Positions 10,053 through 20,218 of a DNA stretch of 64,000 bases are shown piece by piece. The position numbers were made by a program, and so were the translations under genes. The notes beneath the pieces were generated by a model. It was not told the DNA's origin. It saw only the letters and a list, made by a program, of their open reading frames with translations, and searched no databases. Each line of letters opens with the position of its first letter. The stretch's first letter is position 1. Source of the stretch: Spirochaetia bacterium (lineage in GTDB: Bacteria; Spirochaetota; Spirochaetia; CADAEX01); the NCBI GenBank assembly GCA_963662795.1, contig OY759746.1, positions 896,001-960,000 on the forward strand, read 5' to 3'.

Positions 10053-11714
10053 TTATGATAAGTCACCACTTAATACAGCCCCTTTCAAAATAGAGCCTAC
10101 ACACTTTTGATATATGCCAAGGTAACCTTTTTTAGGTTTTAATAGAATTTCAGCAGAAGAAATTCTTTTTTTCAGTTCATTGTCAGATAACTCGATATTG
10201 AGTTCACGTTTTTCAATATCAAAATTGATATAATCCCCATTCCTGACTGCACACAATGGACCGCGAAGAGCCGCTTCTGGAGAGGCATATCCAAAACATG
10301 CTCCTGCTGCTGCTCCAGAAAGACGTCCATCTGTTACAGTAACAACATCATCTTTTAAAGAACTTCCCTGTAATGCTGTTGTAAATGAATAAGCAGAACT
10401 TGGGCCTGCTTTAACTCCCTGGAATATTATAAAAACAACATCACCTTTTTCTATTTCACCGGATCTTAGAGCTTTAATAGCATCATCAGGATCATTATAA
10501 ACCTTAGCAAGTCCCCTGTATTTATGTAATTTTTTAGGAACTGCACTCTGTTTAATAAATGCACCCTCAGGGACTAAATTACCTTTACACAGAATAAGAC
10601 CACCGTCTGAATCAAGAGGATCTGCAACAGAATGAATAATACTATAATCTGATACTTTACAACCTCTGATATTATCTTCCATAGTTTTTCCAGTAACGGT
10701 TATCCCGGAATAATCTAGAAATTCGGTAAGTTCATTTAAAAGAGCAGGCGTACCCCCCGCTGTTTCAAAATCCTTCATGCAGTATGGACCATTTGGACGA
10801 ATACCAACAAGAAGAGGAACCTCACAACTAGCTTTTGAATAAATTGGAGCACATTCCATATCAAGTTCTGCTTCAGTAGCAACAGCTGGTACATGAATAA
10901 TTGTGTTTGCTGATCCTCCAATTGCCATGCATACTTTTATTGCATTAGTTATTGATGTTTTAGTTATTATTTTTCTGGGAGTAATATCATTCGCCCACAG
11001 TTCCATTACTTTTTTCCCTGCTTCCTTACTCAGTTTAATTAAATCACCTGAGCGGGCTGCTGTTGTACTGTTTCCGGGTAGACTCATTCCGATTGTTTCT
11101 GAGAGTATTGCCATTGTATTTGCAGTTCCCATCATTCCACATGCTCCCGCACCAGGACAAGCTACATTTAGGATTTCATCAAAATCTTCATTACTCATCT
11201 CACCGTTTTTTACCTTGGAAATGCTCGAACCAATATCAATAAAATCAATATACTTTCCATTTAATACAGCAGTTTTCATATACCCACCAGTTAAAATTAC
11301 TGATGGAATATCAATACGACCTGCAGCCATTAAAAGTCCTGGGATAATTTTATCACAAGTCCCAATCATAACAAGAGCATCCAAATCATGAGCACAAGCA
11401 ATGAGTTCAACTTCATTTACAAGAAGATCTCGGCTTGGGAGGACATATTTTCCTCCTCCTACACAGTCACAGAGATTTACACCATAAAATAAAAAAGGTA
11501 GTCCTCCTGATTCTACAATACCACACCTTGCCGCTTCAGCAAGTTCTTTTTGATGTATATGTCCTGGATTCATTTCATTCCATGTATTAATTATCCCTAT
11601 CCGTGGTTTTTTCATATCTTCATCACTATATCCAAGTCCTCTCATAAATGACCGTGTCCCCTGCCAGTCAAGAGTCATTTTATCTTCGATATCACTTTTA
11701 ATTTTTTTATACAT
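10053..11714 (-). CDS. IlvD/Edd-family Fe-S dihydroxy-acid/sugar-acid dehydratase (divergent)
   Basis: NPGHIH, TCDKIIPG, CPGAGACGMMGTANTM, AIGGSANT, GNLVPEGA and TDGRLSG..SPEAA motifs. The canonical GPGM.EM motif is replaced. Confidence 0.9.
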   Translation of the reverse strand: MYKKIKSDIEDKMTLDWQGTRSFMRGLGYSDEDMKKPRIGIINTWNEMNPGHIHQKELAEAARCGIVESGGLPFLFYGVNLCDCVGGGKYVLPSRDLLVNEVELIACAHDLDALVMIGTCDKIIPGLLMAAGRIDIPSVILTGGYMKTAVLNGKYIDFIDIGSSISKVKNGEMSNEDFDEILNVACPGAGACGMMGTANTMAILSETIGMSLPGNSTTAARSGDLIKLSKEAGKKVMELWANDITPRKIITKTSITNAIKVCMAIGGSANTIIHVPAVATEAELDMECAPIYSKASCEVPLLVGIRPNGPYCMKDFETAGGTPALLNELTEFLDYSGITVTGKTMEDNIRGCKVSDYSIIHSVADPLDSDGGLILCKGNLVPEGAFIKQSAVPKKLHKYRGLAKVYNDPDDAIKALRSGEIEKGDVVFIIFQGVKAGPSSAYSFTTALQGSSLKDDVVTVTDGRLSGAAAGACFGYASPEAALRGPLCAVRNGDYINFDIEKRELNIELSDNELKKRISSAEILLKPKKGYLGIYQKCVGSILKGAVLSGDLS

Positions 11715-11790
11715 TCAATCCCTCCGATAATTTAGAAATCAAGGATATTTTCAAAAACATATTCTTCCCTTTTTTCATAGTATTAGAATA

Positions 11791-11816
11791 TGATATTTTC
11801 CTGGGGGAAAATATCA
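11791..11816. terminator. Stem-loop between TRAP permease and dehydratase genes
   Basis: tgatattttcc-tggg-ggaaaatatca, a perfect 11-bp stem. Confidence 0.45.
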
Positions 11817-11827
11817 ACTTTGCAAAT

Positions 11828-13789
11828 TCAGTTAATGCTCCTATTTTTCTGCAATACTCTATTATTAGCCATATATTCACTAATTAAAATTAATGCAAAA
11901 ACAACGATACCGATAATATCTGTTTTCCATTCCGGAATAATTGTAAAAATCGCCATAATAAACAATAATGAAGATTTTAGCAAAGATAGTGGTTTAAATA
12001 TATATCTTTCAAATGAAAAAACCATCATATAGGTAGCCAATATTGTAGTTATAAAAGTTTCCAGAAAAATAATTAAATTAAAATTAATAAAAATTAGAGA
12101 TGGTTCATAAATAAAAACAAAAGGTATTATGAATGAAGGCAATGCCATTTTCATTGCCAACCAACCAACAGCTCCTGGATTCGCTCCTGCAAGTGCCGCC
12201 GCGGCATAAGATGGAACAGCAACGGGAGGCGTTATACATGCAAGTATTCCAAAATAAAAACAGAAAAAATGAGCTGCTATTATAGGAACTCCCATTTTCA
12301 CCATGACAGGAGCTGCAACTGTTGCCAGAACCATATATACAGCAACTGTAGGCATTCCCATTCCCATTATAATTGACATAATCATTACAAGAATTAATGA
12401 AAGTAAAAGAGACCCTTTGCTTAGCATTAAAATATAATTACCCAGAATTACACCAACACCTGTTAAAGTAGTAACTCCAATTATTATACCGACACAGGCA
12501 CATGCAACACCGAAGGACACAACTTTTTTCCCAGATTCAGTTAACGCATTGATAATATCCACAAAAGACATTCTGGTTAGTTTTCTGCTTTGAGCCATAA
12601 TAATGCTTAGTACGATACCCCAGAGAGCTGCATAGGATATTGTATACTGCATGATTATCAGATAGAAAGTTACAATAAAAGGAATCAACAGGTGTCCTCT
12701 TTCAAAAAAAGCTTTTTTGGCATTTGGAAGTTCATTTTTAGGAATACCATTTAAGCCGAGTCTTTTTGCTCTGTAATGAACAGTGAGAAGTGTACTAAAA
12801 TAAAATAAAAATCCTGGAACAATTGCAGTCAGCATTATCCGCCCGTAAGGAACACCAATATATTCAGACATTATAAAACATGCTGCTCCGAGTACCGGAG
12901 GTATAAGCTGTCCTCCTGTAGAAGCACAGGCCTCTGTAGCTGCAGAAAATTCAGGTGAATATCCTACACGTTTCATCAGAGGTATCGTAAAAGCACCAGT
13001 TGTGACAACATTGCTTGCAGCTTGTCCGCTTATAGTCCCGAAACATGCGCTGGCAAAAACAGCCACCTTGGCAGGTCCTCCGCTTGTATGTCCGGTTAGT
13101 GCAAGTGCGATATCCTGAATAAAAACTCCTAATCCGCTTTTACTTAAAATTGTACTAAAAATTACAAAAAGAGATATAAAAGTAGCAGCCGCCCCAAGTG
13201 GTATTGAAAATATTCCTTCAGGTATCATAAAAAGATGATTAGTAAGCCTAAAAATACTTCCGGCTTTTATTCTGAATATACCAGGTATATAATTACCAAA
13301 ATATGCATAAACCAAAAAAACGATAGTCACTCCAGCCAGAGCTTTACTCACTAATCTCCTTGTTGCTTCCAATATTAAAACAATTAAAATTACATTTGCA
13401 AGCTGATCCTGGAATTCAGATATTCCCATTTTCAGTAAAATTGATTTATAAGCAAAAAACACATATGAGCCGATAACTAAACTCAATAATGCAAATACAT
13501 AATCATACCAGGGTACCGGTTTAGCAACATTTTTATGATTCATTGGATATAGAACAAATGCCAATACCATAACAGCAAGCAGAAAAAGAGATCTTTGTTG
13601 CAGTGCTGGAAGTTGTCCGAAAAATCCTGTAAAGAGAAGAAATATTGAAAGAGAAAATGAAATAACATTAATAATTTTCTTAAGTATATTATTACTAATC
13701 CTTGTATTTTCTTCTTTTGAGTATTTTTTTAATATTTTTTCATCTTCCTTTAAAATATTTGTATTTTTTTTATAAGAAATATCTGTCAT
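11828..13789 (-). CDS. TRAP transporter fused permease (4TM/12TM, TAXI-associated)
   Basis: 653-aa polytopic protein with GGPAKVAV.AS..FGTISG, STGGQL.PPV.GAA.F.M, GMGMPT..Y and TPPVA motifs. Confidence 0.93.
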   Translation of the reverse strand: MTDISYKKNTNILKEDEKILKKYSKEENTRISNNILKKIINVISFSLSIFLLFTGFFGQLPALQQRSLFLLAVMVLAFVLYPMNHKNVAKPVPWYDYVFALLSLVIGSYVFFAYKSILLKMGISEFQDQLANVILIVLILEATRRLVSKALAGVTIVFLVYAYFGNYIPGIFRIKAGSIFRLTNHLFMIPEGIFSIPLGAAATFISLFVIFSTILSKSGLGVFIQDIALALTGHTSGGPAKVAVFASACFGTISGQAASNVVTTGAFTIPLMKRVGYSPEFSAATEACASTGGQLIPPVLGAACFIMSEYIGVPYGRIMLTAIVPGFLFYFSTLLTVHYRAKRLGLNGIPKNELPNAKKAFFERGHLLIPFIVTFYLIIMQYTISYAALWGIVLSIIMAQSRKLTRMSFVDIINALTESGKKVVSFGVACACVGIIIGVTTLTGVGVILGNYILMLSKGSLLLSLILVMIMSIIMGMGMPTVAVYMVLATVAAPVMVKMGVPIIAAHFFCFYFGILACITPPVAVPSYAAAALAGANPGAVGWLAMKMALPSFIIPFVFIYEPSLIFINFNLIIFLETFITTILATYMMVFSFERYIFKPLSLLKSSLLFIMAIFTIIPEWKTDIIGIVVFALILISEYMANNRVLQKNRSIN

Positions 13790-13822
13790 TTTTTCCCCTC
13801 AGCGGTATTTCTGTTTCCTGAT

Positions 13823-13861
13823 AATTATGCAAAGAAAGATATAATCTTTCTTTGCATAATT
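13823..13861. terminator. Perfect 18-bp-arm hairpin downstream of TAXI SBP gene
   Basis: aattatgcaaagaaagat-ata-atctttctttgcataatt. Confidence 0.65.
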
Positions 13862-13863
13862 TT

Positions 13864-14844
13864 TTATTTTAATAGTCCAACTTCTTTATAATATCTGATT
13901 GCTCCTTCATGAAGAGGCACAGTAAGCCCATTAAGAGCATCATTAATTTTCAGATCTTTTATAGCAGCATGATATGACTTTAAATCATCCAGATCTTCCC
14001 AGATTGTTTTTGTTATATTATAAATAAGTTCTTCATCAACATCTTCTCTTGTAAGAAAAGTTGTTGCATTAGCAACTGTTATAATATCTTCTTTCTGATT
14101 TTTATATGTTCCAGCAGGAATAGTAGCAGGGAAATATACTGATGTTTTTCCTTCAGTCAATTTTCTTATTGTATCAGAAGGCATAGGTATTATCTTGGCT
14201 TTATTTATTGATGTCACCTCAACAAATGCAGAAAACGGAAGAGGTGTTAATGCAAGAGCACCATCTGCATGTGCATCTTTTATCTGTTCTACACCTTCGT
14301 TAGTTCCAACATATTCAGGTTTAAAATCATCAAATGTCATACCAAATGCACCATATATTCGTTCAGCATTGGCAACATCTCCACTGCCAGGGCCTCCAAC
14401 AACAAGTTTCTTTCCCCTAAGATCATCAAATGAGTCTATGTCAGCTCCAGTTCTTACAAGCTGCTGAAAATAAGCTGCATACATAAATGTAATTGCCCGG
14501 GCTTCATTATAAGGCGTATCCTTAAAACTTCCCTGTCCATTAGCTGCATCCAGAGCTACACCTGCAGAAACAACAGCAACATCTATTTCTTTATTTTTCA
14601 TAAAAAGAATATTTTGCCCGCTTCCTGTTGTTGGTAATACTGAAAAATTACCAAGTTCATGCTTATTAAAAAACTGCATAAACACATTTGACATTGCATA
14701 ATATACACCGCCTGAAGATCCGCCACCAATTGAATAAATTCTGTCATCACCTTTTGCGGCAGAATCTTCTTTTTCCCCTCCAGCAAACAACATCACACTT
14801 GCAAATAAAGTGATAATCAGGATTAAACACAATGCTTTTTTCAT
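13864..14844 (-). CDS. TAXI-family TRAP solute-binding protein
   Basis: GGGSSGGVYY, TTGSGQNI, DLRGKKLVVGGPGSG, IPAGTY and PLHEGAIRYYKE motifs. Confidence 0.93.
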   Translation of the reverse strand: MKKALCLILIITLFASVMLFAGGEKEDSAAKGDDRIYSIGGGSSGGVYYAMSNVFMQFFNKHELGNFSVLPTTGSGQNILFMKNKEIDVAVVSAGVALDAANGQGSFKDTPYNEARAITFMYAAYFQQLVRTGADIDSFDDLRGKKLVVGGPGSGDVANAERIYGAFGMTFDDFKPEYVGTNEGVEQIKDAHADGALALTPLPFSAFVEVTSINKAKIIPMPSDTIRKLTEGKTSVYFPATIPAGTYKNQKEDIITVANATTFLTREDVDEELIYNITKTIWEDLDDLKSYHAAIKDLKINDALNGLTVPLHEGAIRYYKEVGLLK

Positions 14845-14897
14845 TTTTTCCTCCTAATGAAAAACGTAATATTTTTAATATTTTTAAAAAATATTAT

Positions 14898-15974
14898 TTA
14901 AGAAATAATTTCATATATTTCTGAAATACTTTTCCCAGCAAGGCCCAGTTTTTCGACGGTTCTTCCTTCTTTATATAAATCCCGGCCTGTAGCAATACTT
15001 CCAATTTTTATAAAAGAATTTATTATCGGAGTGTCAATATTTAAAGTAATGGCAAAAGAAGACAAGGGGACAAGCCCATTTAAAATATCTTCAATGATGA
15101 ATCTATGATTATAATTATCAGGAGAGTTTACTCCTACGTAAGCTTTGTTATTCTGCAGCAGTTCGTATAAATTATCACCTTCAAGGTTATACACAGCTTT
15201 TAATGTATTAATTAATGAATCAAGTGATAAACCTAAAGCATCTGCAACTTTAAGTCTTTCATTATCTGCTTTCTCAATAAGTTTAGATATATTTTTTGTA
15301 ATACCTTCCATATAATAATCAAAAGACTGTCCTGAATCAATTTTATTCATATTCATTAAAGTCGGTATTGGATGAAGCATTGCTCCGGCACTGTTAAAAC
15401 TTGTTATTAATACATTTTCGACTGCTATAAATTTTGGAATTGCGGGGTCAATTATTTCAATCAGTTTTGCAGCATCAGTTGCAGGTATAGTTGCAACTTT
15501 TGTTTTGTTTTTTATTCCGGAATGATAAACAAAACCAGGTTCTGATGTTCTGCATGCATATAAAAGATCAGCAGCTTCACCTATGATTATGTTTTCCTTA
15601 CTGCCTCTAGATTTAACTATTTTACTAAATTCAAGAGCTCCACCAATATGACCTGGGTTTAGTAAAATAACTTGACCGTTTTTAAGATTGGGAATAATTT
15701 TTGCAGCAATTTCAGAATGAACATCAGTAGTTGTCATTACCATTACAACGTCTGCATCTTTAACTACTGCGTCAAAATCATCAGTAACAATCTCGGGGAA
15801 TCCTTCAGCCTCAATTGCGCCTGTTATCTTTATCACTCCAAGTTTATTTAAAACATCAACTTTATTTTTATCTTTTTCATGCAGCCTTACATTGTATCCA
15901 TCTTGAGACAGTATTGCAGCCATAGACTGCCCTCCGGCTCCGGCTCCTATGACAGCAAATTTCAAATCTTTCAT
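14898..15974 (-). CDS. NAD/NADP-dependent opine/octopine/nopaline dehydrogenase family protein (copy B)
   Basis: Same motifs as 2771..3853 (GAGAGG, LNPGH.GGALE, HPIP, YYMEGIT, HRF..ED...GLVP, EGRT.EKLG). SD GGAGG. Confidence 0.9.
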   Translation of the reverse strand: MKDLKFAVIGAGAGGQSMAAILSQDGYNVRLHEKDKNKVDVLNKLGVIKITGAIEAEGFPEIVTDDFDAVVKDADVVMVMTTTDVHSEIAAKIIPNLKNGQVILLNPGHIGGALEFSKIVKSRGSKENIIIGEAADLLYACRTSEPGFVYHSGIKNKTKVATIPATDAAKLIEIIDPAIPKFIAVENVLITSFNSAGAMLHPIPTLMNMNKIDSGQSFDYYMEGITKNISKLIEKADNERLKVADALGLSLDSLINTLKAVYNLEGDNLYELLQNNKAYVGVNSPDNYNHRFIIEDILNGLVPLSSFAITLNIDTPIINSFIKIGSIATGRDLYKEGRTVEKLGLAGKSISEIYEIIS

Positions 15975-16075
15975 AATTAACCTCCAGTAGCTTCTTTAGA
16001 TATTCTGTTACAATATAGTTTATCATTCTTCAAAAAGCATTATAACACAGTATCATATTTTTACAATCTTTTTTT

Positions 16076-16109
16076 CGAACATTGTTCGTTTATTAATGAA
16101 TAGCGTTCG
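16076..16109. promoter_or_regulatory. Tandem palindromic operator, site 2 (putative IclR site)
   Basis: cgaac-att-gttcg-N8-tgaat-agc-gttcg, lying between back-to-back -35 boxes (TTGTAA at 16061-16066 minus; TTGACA at 16118-16123 plus). Confidence 0.7.
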
Positions 16110-16117
16110 GTTATTTG

Positions 16118-16146
16118 TTGACAATATAGCTTTCTTTAAATAGAAT
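16118..16146 (+). promoter_or_regulatory. Sigma70-type promoter of FGGY kinase
   Basis: TTGACA-17 bp-TAGAAT, followed by SD GGGAGGAG and a TTG start. Confidence 0.7.
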
Positions 16147-16169
16147 GTTTTCAAAGGGAGGAGAATAAA

Positions 16170-17483
16170 TTGAATATTCTTTCAATGGATTTTGGCACAT
16201 CTTCTCTGAAACTTGCTGTTTTGGATGATTACTCTAATATAATTGAGTCTGTAAAAGAAAATTATGATCTGTATATTCCAACCGCGAACCAAATTGAAAT
16301 AAAAGCAGAAGATATAATTAATGCCATGCTGTCGGCATTAAAAAAACTAACTACTGATTTAAAATCTATTGACGGACTATGTTACGATACATTTTCGCCT
16401 TCAGTTGTTTTTATGGATGAAGATGGAATTCCCTATTATCCTATCATAACCCATTTAGACAGAAGAAGTATAAATGAAAGTAATTTTATTTGTAAACATT
16501 TTGGAACTAATTCATTTCATAATCTGACAGGGACTCTGCCATTTCCTGGAGGAACTTCTATAACTTCAATATTCTGGGTTAATAATAACTTAAAAAATAT
16601 TTTTAATTCTGCATATAAAATAGGACATCTAAATACATTTATTCATAAATATTTAACGGGCCTTTGGGGAATTGACACTGTTAATGCTTCAATGACAGGA
16701 ATATACAATACAATAAAAAACGACAACTGGTCAGATGAACTTCTCAAAATGATTGATCTATCCGAAGACAAGCTTCCGGATATCAAAAAACCAGGGGAAT
16801 CTTTCGGAAATTTAAACAATCAGGAAATTATTTCACTTGGCATAAAGAAAGGAATACCGGTATGCATGGGTACAAATGACATTGCGGCTGCCCAAATCGG
16901 TGCTGACAATAACTCTGCAGGAGATATACTACAAGTAAGCGGTAGCAGTGATATGATTTCAATTTTAACAGACAAACCTGTTACTAATCAGTCGTATTAC
17001 CTAAGGTGTTCTGCAAATGAAAACCTCTGGCAGATTTTTGCTATTACCTCATCGGGATTTGCGCTCGAATGGATAAGAAAAGAACTTTTTCGTGAAATTG
17101 ACATTGATTTCTTTTATTCTGAAAACATTATGAATGCATTAAAAACAGGTCCTAATAACGTTATTTATCATCCCTATATTTCAGGAGACAGACAAAGTCT
17201 GGAAGTTAAAAAAGGTATATTTGAAGGAATAGAATTAAATACAACAAGAGAAAACATGCTTGCCGCACTAATTATTGGATTTCATGTGCCTATTATAACA
17301 ACTTTAAAAACAGCTGAAAATTTCATTAAACTGAATAAAAATTTAAAATGTACTGGCGGTTTGACTAAAAATGAAAATATTATTAATTACAAAAAAAATG
17401 TATTTAATAATTATGATATTCAGGTAGTCGACGAATGCCCATTAATAGGTAATGCAAAACTCTGGATATTAAATAATACCTGA
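16170..17483 (+). CDS. FGGY-family carbohydrate kinase (xylulokinase/gluconokinase-like)
   Basis: DFGTSSLK, HLDRRS, NASMTG, GTND.AAAQ.G, PYISGDR and TGG motifs. Confidence 0.88.
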   Translation: MNILSMDFGTSSLKLAVLDDYSNIIESVKENYDLYIPTANQIEIKAEDIINAMLSALKKLTTDLKSIDGLCYDTFSPSVVFMDEDGIPYYPIITHLDRRSINESNFICKHFGTNSFHNLTGTLPFPGGTSITSIFWVNNNLKNIFNSAYKIGHLNTFIHKYLTGLWGIDTVNASMTGIYNTIKNDNWSDELLKMIDLSEDKLPDIKKPGESFGNLNNQEIISLGIKKGIPVCMGTNDIAAAQIGADNNSAGDILQVSGSSDMISILTDKPVTNQSYYLRCSANENLWQIFAITSSGFALEWIRKELFREIDIDFFYSENIMNALKTGPNNVIYHPYISGDRQSLEVKKGIFEGIELNTTRENMLAALIIGFHVPIITTLKTAENFIKLNKNLKCTGGLTKNENIINYKKNVFNNYDIQVVDECPLIGNAKLWILNNT

Positions 17484-17689
17484 AGCCGGATAAAACACCG
17501 GGCACAGCCTGAATCGCTTCTAAATTACAGTTTTCACAAAACAAGAAGGAGAAATTGCTACAACAACCGACAGGAATCTGCAACTACCTTGCTGGTTTTT
17601 GGAAAACATGTGATTTTCACACTTCAAAGATATGTTGTCCCACAATGTTTGTTGAGCTGTTGATATTCAAAACCTATAGATCACAAAAG

Positions 17690-18420
17690 ATTTCATACAA
17701 TCTGGAAAACCCAATAGTCACGGAGCATTATTCCATATTTTAATCCACCATTTCCTTGAGTGGTAAACATTTTTTATCCTACGTGTATATAATCGTTAAT
17801 ATTTTTTCGAAATACATTTTGTTCTTAGAGAAACCTCTGCTTTAACAGAAATGGAGATGTTTCTTGCATAATGTAGATACCCAGGACAAACAGGAATTCC
17901 TCATTAATTGCAATCATTCCTATATGAATCAGAACAGTGTTTACGACAAACCTCCCCGAGAGCAAACGTTTAATATCCATATCTGGATTTAAGCTCATAA
18001 TTAAATTGCTCACTTGTTCCATGAGCATGATAAAGCGCTACTACAGCTTCCGGTGTTTTCAAATAAACTGGTGCAAAAAGTTCCTATTTCAAACTCAGGA
18101 AAAAACAACTTGTTATCATCCTTATCTACACTTGTTAGTTACTTTAAACACGATATACATTGTTGAAAGTGTTTAATTCGAAATTGAGTACAACCGGTGT
18201 GAATACTGGTAAACATCGTCTTTCTACTGATATTCCAAATTATTTCTCTTTCTACTTTTGCCGCATCAAGCCAATTTTCGTCGGATTTTTTACGAATATT
18301 GCACTTGGCAAAAAATATTTTGCCTGAGACAAGTATCATGACAGCTTTAGCCATCATAGTTTTACAGTGTTATAATTTCATCATTTGGTCTATCCAGGAT
18401 GATTTTTCACAACAACTTAA
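17690..18420 (-). pseudogene. IS1380-family transposase remnant (ends approximate)
   Basis: Minus-strand fragments KCNIRKKSDENWLDAAK, FFPEFEIGTFCTSL and VVALYHAHGTSEQFNYELKS/DMDIKRLLSGRF..N resemble the IS1380 motif LYH.HGTSEQF.SE.K.DMDLERLPSGKF..N. Frameshifted. Confidence 0.75.
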
Positions 18421-18542
18421 TCGGTATTTCGCATCATGGCTGTCCAAAATAAATAATGGAAGCTACTATTAATAGACTGAAACCTTTGCTATAATAAATT
18501 AAACAACCACGCTAATTTGTTACAAACAAAGGAGATCAGACT

Positions 18543-18895
18543 GTGGGCTTCAAGGATAGCATATTCAGACAAATACTTCAAATCCTTCCGGAATATGATT
18601 TTGAAAAAACTGTTGATAAAAAAAGAAGTCATAAACTCAAGTTTAAAATTCCTCTGTACAGTGTTGGTGCAACAAGCCTTGATCTGCGTCTTACCATGTA
18701 TGACTGGGCACACTTCAGAAAGAAAAAGGGAGAAATAAAACTTCATGTAAAACTTGATCACAGCGGCTATATTTCATCTTTTATAATGCAAACTTCTTGA
18801 TGATAAGCCGCTTGACCGTAGAATAAAATATAATCCAGTATTACGTTGGAGTTGTTATGGTTTATTTTGAACAGCTATGATTTTGCATATTTTTC
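18543..18895 (+). pseudogene. IS4-family transposase remnant (internally deleted; right end approximate)
   Basis: N-terminal SIFRQILQILPEYDFEK is fused directly to DLRLTMYDWAHFRKKKGEIKLHVKLDHSGY, the IS4 WA.FR..KG.IKLH motif. Confidence 0.75.
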
Positions 18896-18953
18896 AATCC
18901 AATCATTCTCCCGGAATATTAATATGGCTTATCTTTGCAAGAGCTTCTCTATT

Positions 18954-20150
18954 TTAAACATATTTGCATAATGCTTTCTCAATATTAAGCATACATTTTT
19001 CAAGAATTATTCTGGGACAAGCGACATTTATTCTTTCAAATCCCGAACCTGCTTCTCCAAACATATAACCTTCATCGAGTGCAACTCGTGCATCGAAAAG
19101 CATTATATCTTCCAACTCATCGTTAGTTAGAAAATATTTAGTGAAATCAAGCCAGACTAAAAATGTTCCTTCAGGATTTGACATATTAATTAAAGGTAAT
19201 TTTTCATTTATGAAATTTCTTAGAAAATCAACATTAGTATCGATGTATTCATTAACCTGGTCAAGCCATTCTTCACATTTACTATAAGCTGCTTCACATG
19301 CAACAATACTTAGAGGATTAATAAAACTGAATCCGTTTTCAACTTCTACATGTTTAATCCATTTTTTCCTTAATTCCGGTGAATTAATAATAATGTTTGA
19401 TATCTGCAACCCGGCAATATTGAAAGTTTTACTTGGAGCAGTACATGTTATAATTTTGTCTTTGTATTCAGGATATATTTTTTCAATTGGATAATGTTTA
19501 ATATTATTTCTTACAATATCACAATGTATCTCATCAGAAATTATCCATTTATCATACTTTTCACATAGTTCTGCTGTTTTTTTTAGTTCTTCCACCTTCC
19601 ACACCCTTCCTACCGGATTATGGGGACTGCACAATAAAAATATTTTATTACCTTTATCTTTAAGTTTTGCTTCAAGATCATCAAAATCAACACCATAAGA
19701 CCCGTTTTTATATATCAGATTATTATTTACAATTCTACGATTTTTATTTTTAATTTTTTCTTTAAAAGGATAATAAACAGGTTCTTGAATTATTACACCA
19801 TCATGCTCCTCTGTTAATATTGATATAAGAAAACTGATAGCAGGAACAATTCCAGGAGAATTATAAATGCTGTCTTTATTAATATTCCAGTCAAATCTTT
19901 TTCCAAACCACCGGCAAACACTATCATAATAAGCTTCTGATTTGTTTATTGAATAACCTAATATTTTTTTATCAACTCTATCATGAAGAGCTTCTATTAT
20001 TGGGGGCGCACATTCAAAATCCATATCTGCAATCCACAGCGGAAGAACATCCTTTGGAGCTTTTTTAAAAAAATTATTGAGATAGTCCCATTTAAGACTA
20101 TCTGTCCCTTTTCTTGCAACAAGTATGTCAAAATTATAATTCAACCTCAA
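18954..20150 (-). CDS. MalY/PatB-family PLP-dependent C-S lyase / class I-II aminotransferase
   Basis: RKGTDSLKWD, LPLWIADMDF, LCSPHNPVGRVW, ISDEIH, APSKTFNIAG (PLP lysine) and RINVACP motifs. Confidence 0.93.
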   Translation of the reverse strand: MRLNYNFDILVARKGTDSLKWDYLNNFFKKAPKDVLPLWIADMDFECAPPIIEALHDRVDKKILGYSINKSEAYYDSVCRWFGKRFDWNINKDSIYNSPGIVPAISFLISILTEEHDGVIIQEPVYYPFKEKIKNKNRRIVNNNLIYKNGSYGVDFDDLEAKLKDKGNKIFLLCSPHNPVGRVWKVEELKKTAELCEKYDKWIISDEIHCDIVRNNIKHYPIEKIYPEYKDKIITCTAPSKTFNIAGLQISNIIINSPELRKKWIKHVEVENGFSFINPLSIVACEAAYSKCEEWLDQVNEYIDTNVDFLRNFINEKLPLINMSNPEGTFLVWLDFTKYFLTNDELEDIMLFDARVALDEGYMFGEAGSGFERINVACPRIILEKCMLNIEKALCKYV

Positions 20151-20218
20151 ACCTCTATTTCTTGCTTATTAGTCATTGTTAAAAATACTGAATGTATATT
20201 AGCACACAACATAACATC

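Noticed and set aside
10053-11714. Housekeeping ilvD of branched-chain amino acid synthesis
   Set aside because: No other ilv/leu genes are present, the motifs are divergent, and it sits in a transporter operon on an AT-rich island.
16076-16109. Gram-positive LexA (Cheo) box GAAC-N4-GTTC
   Set aside because: The spacer is consistently N3, and the flanking genes are catabolic rather than SOS genes. An IclR site is the simpler explanation.
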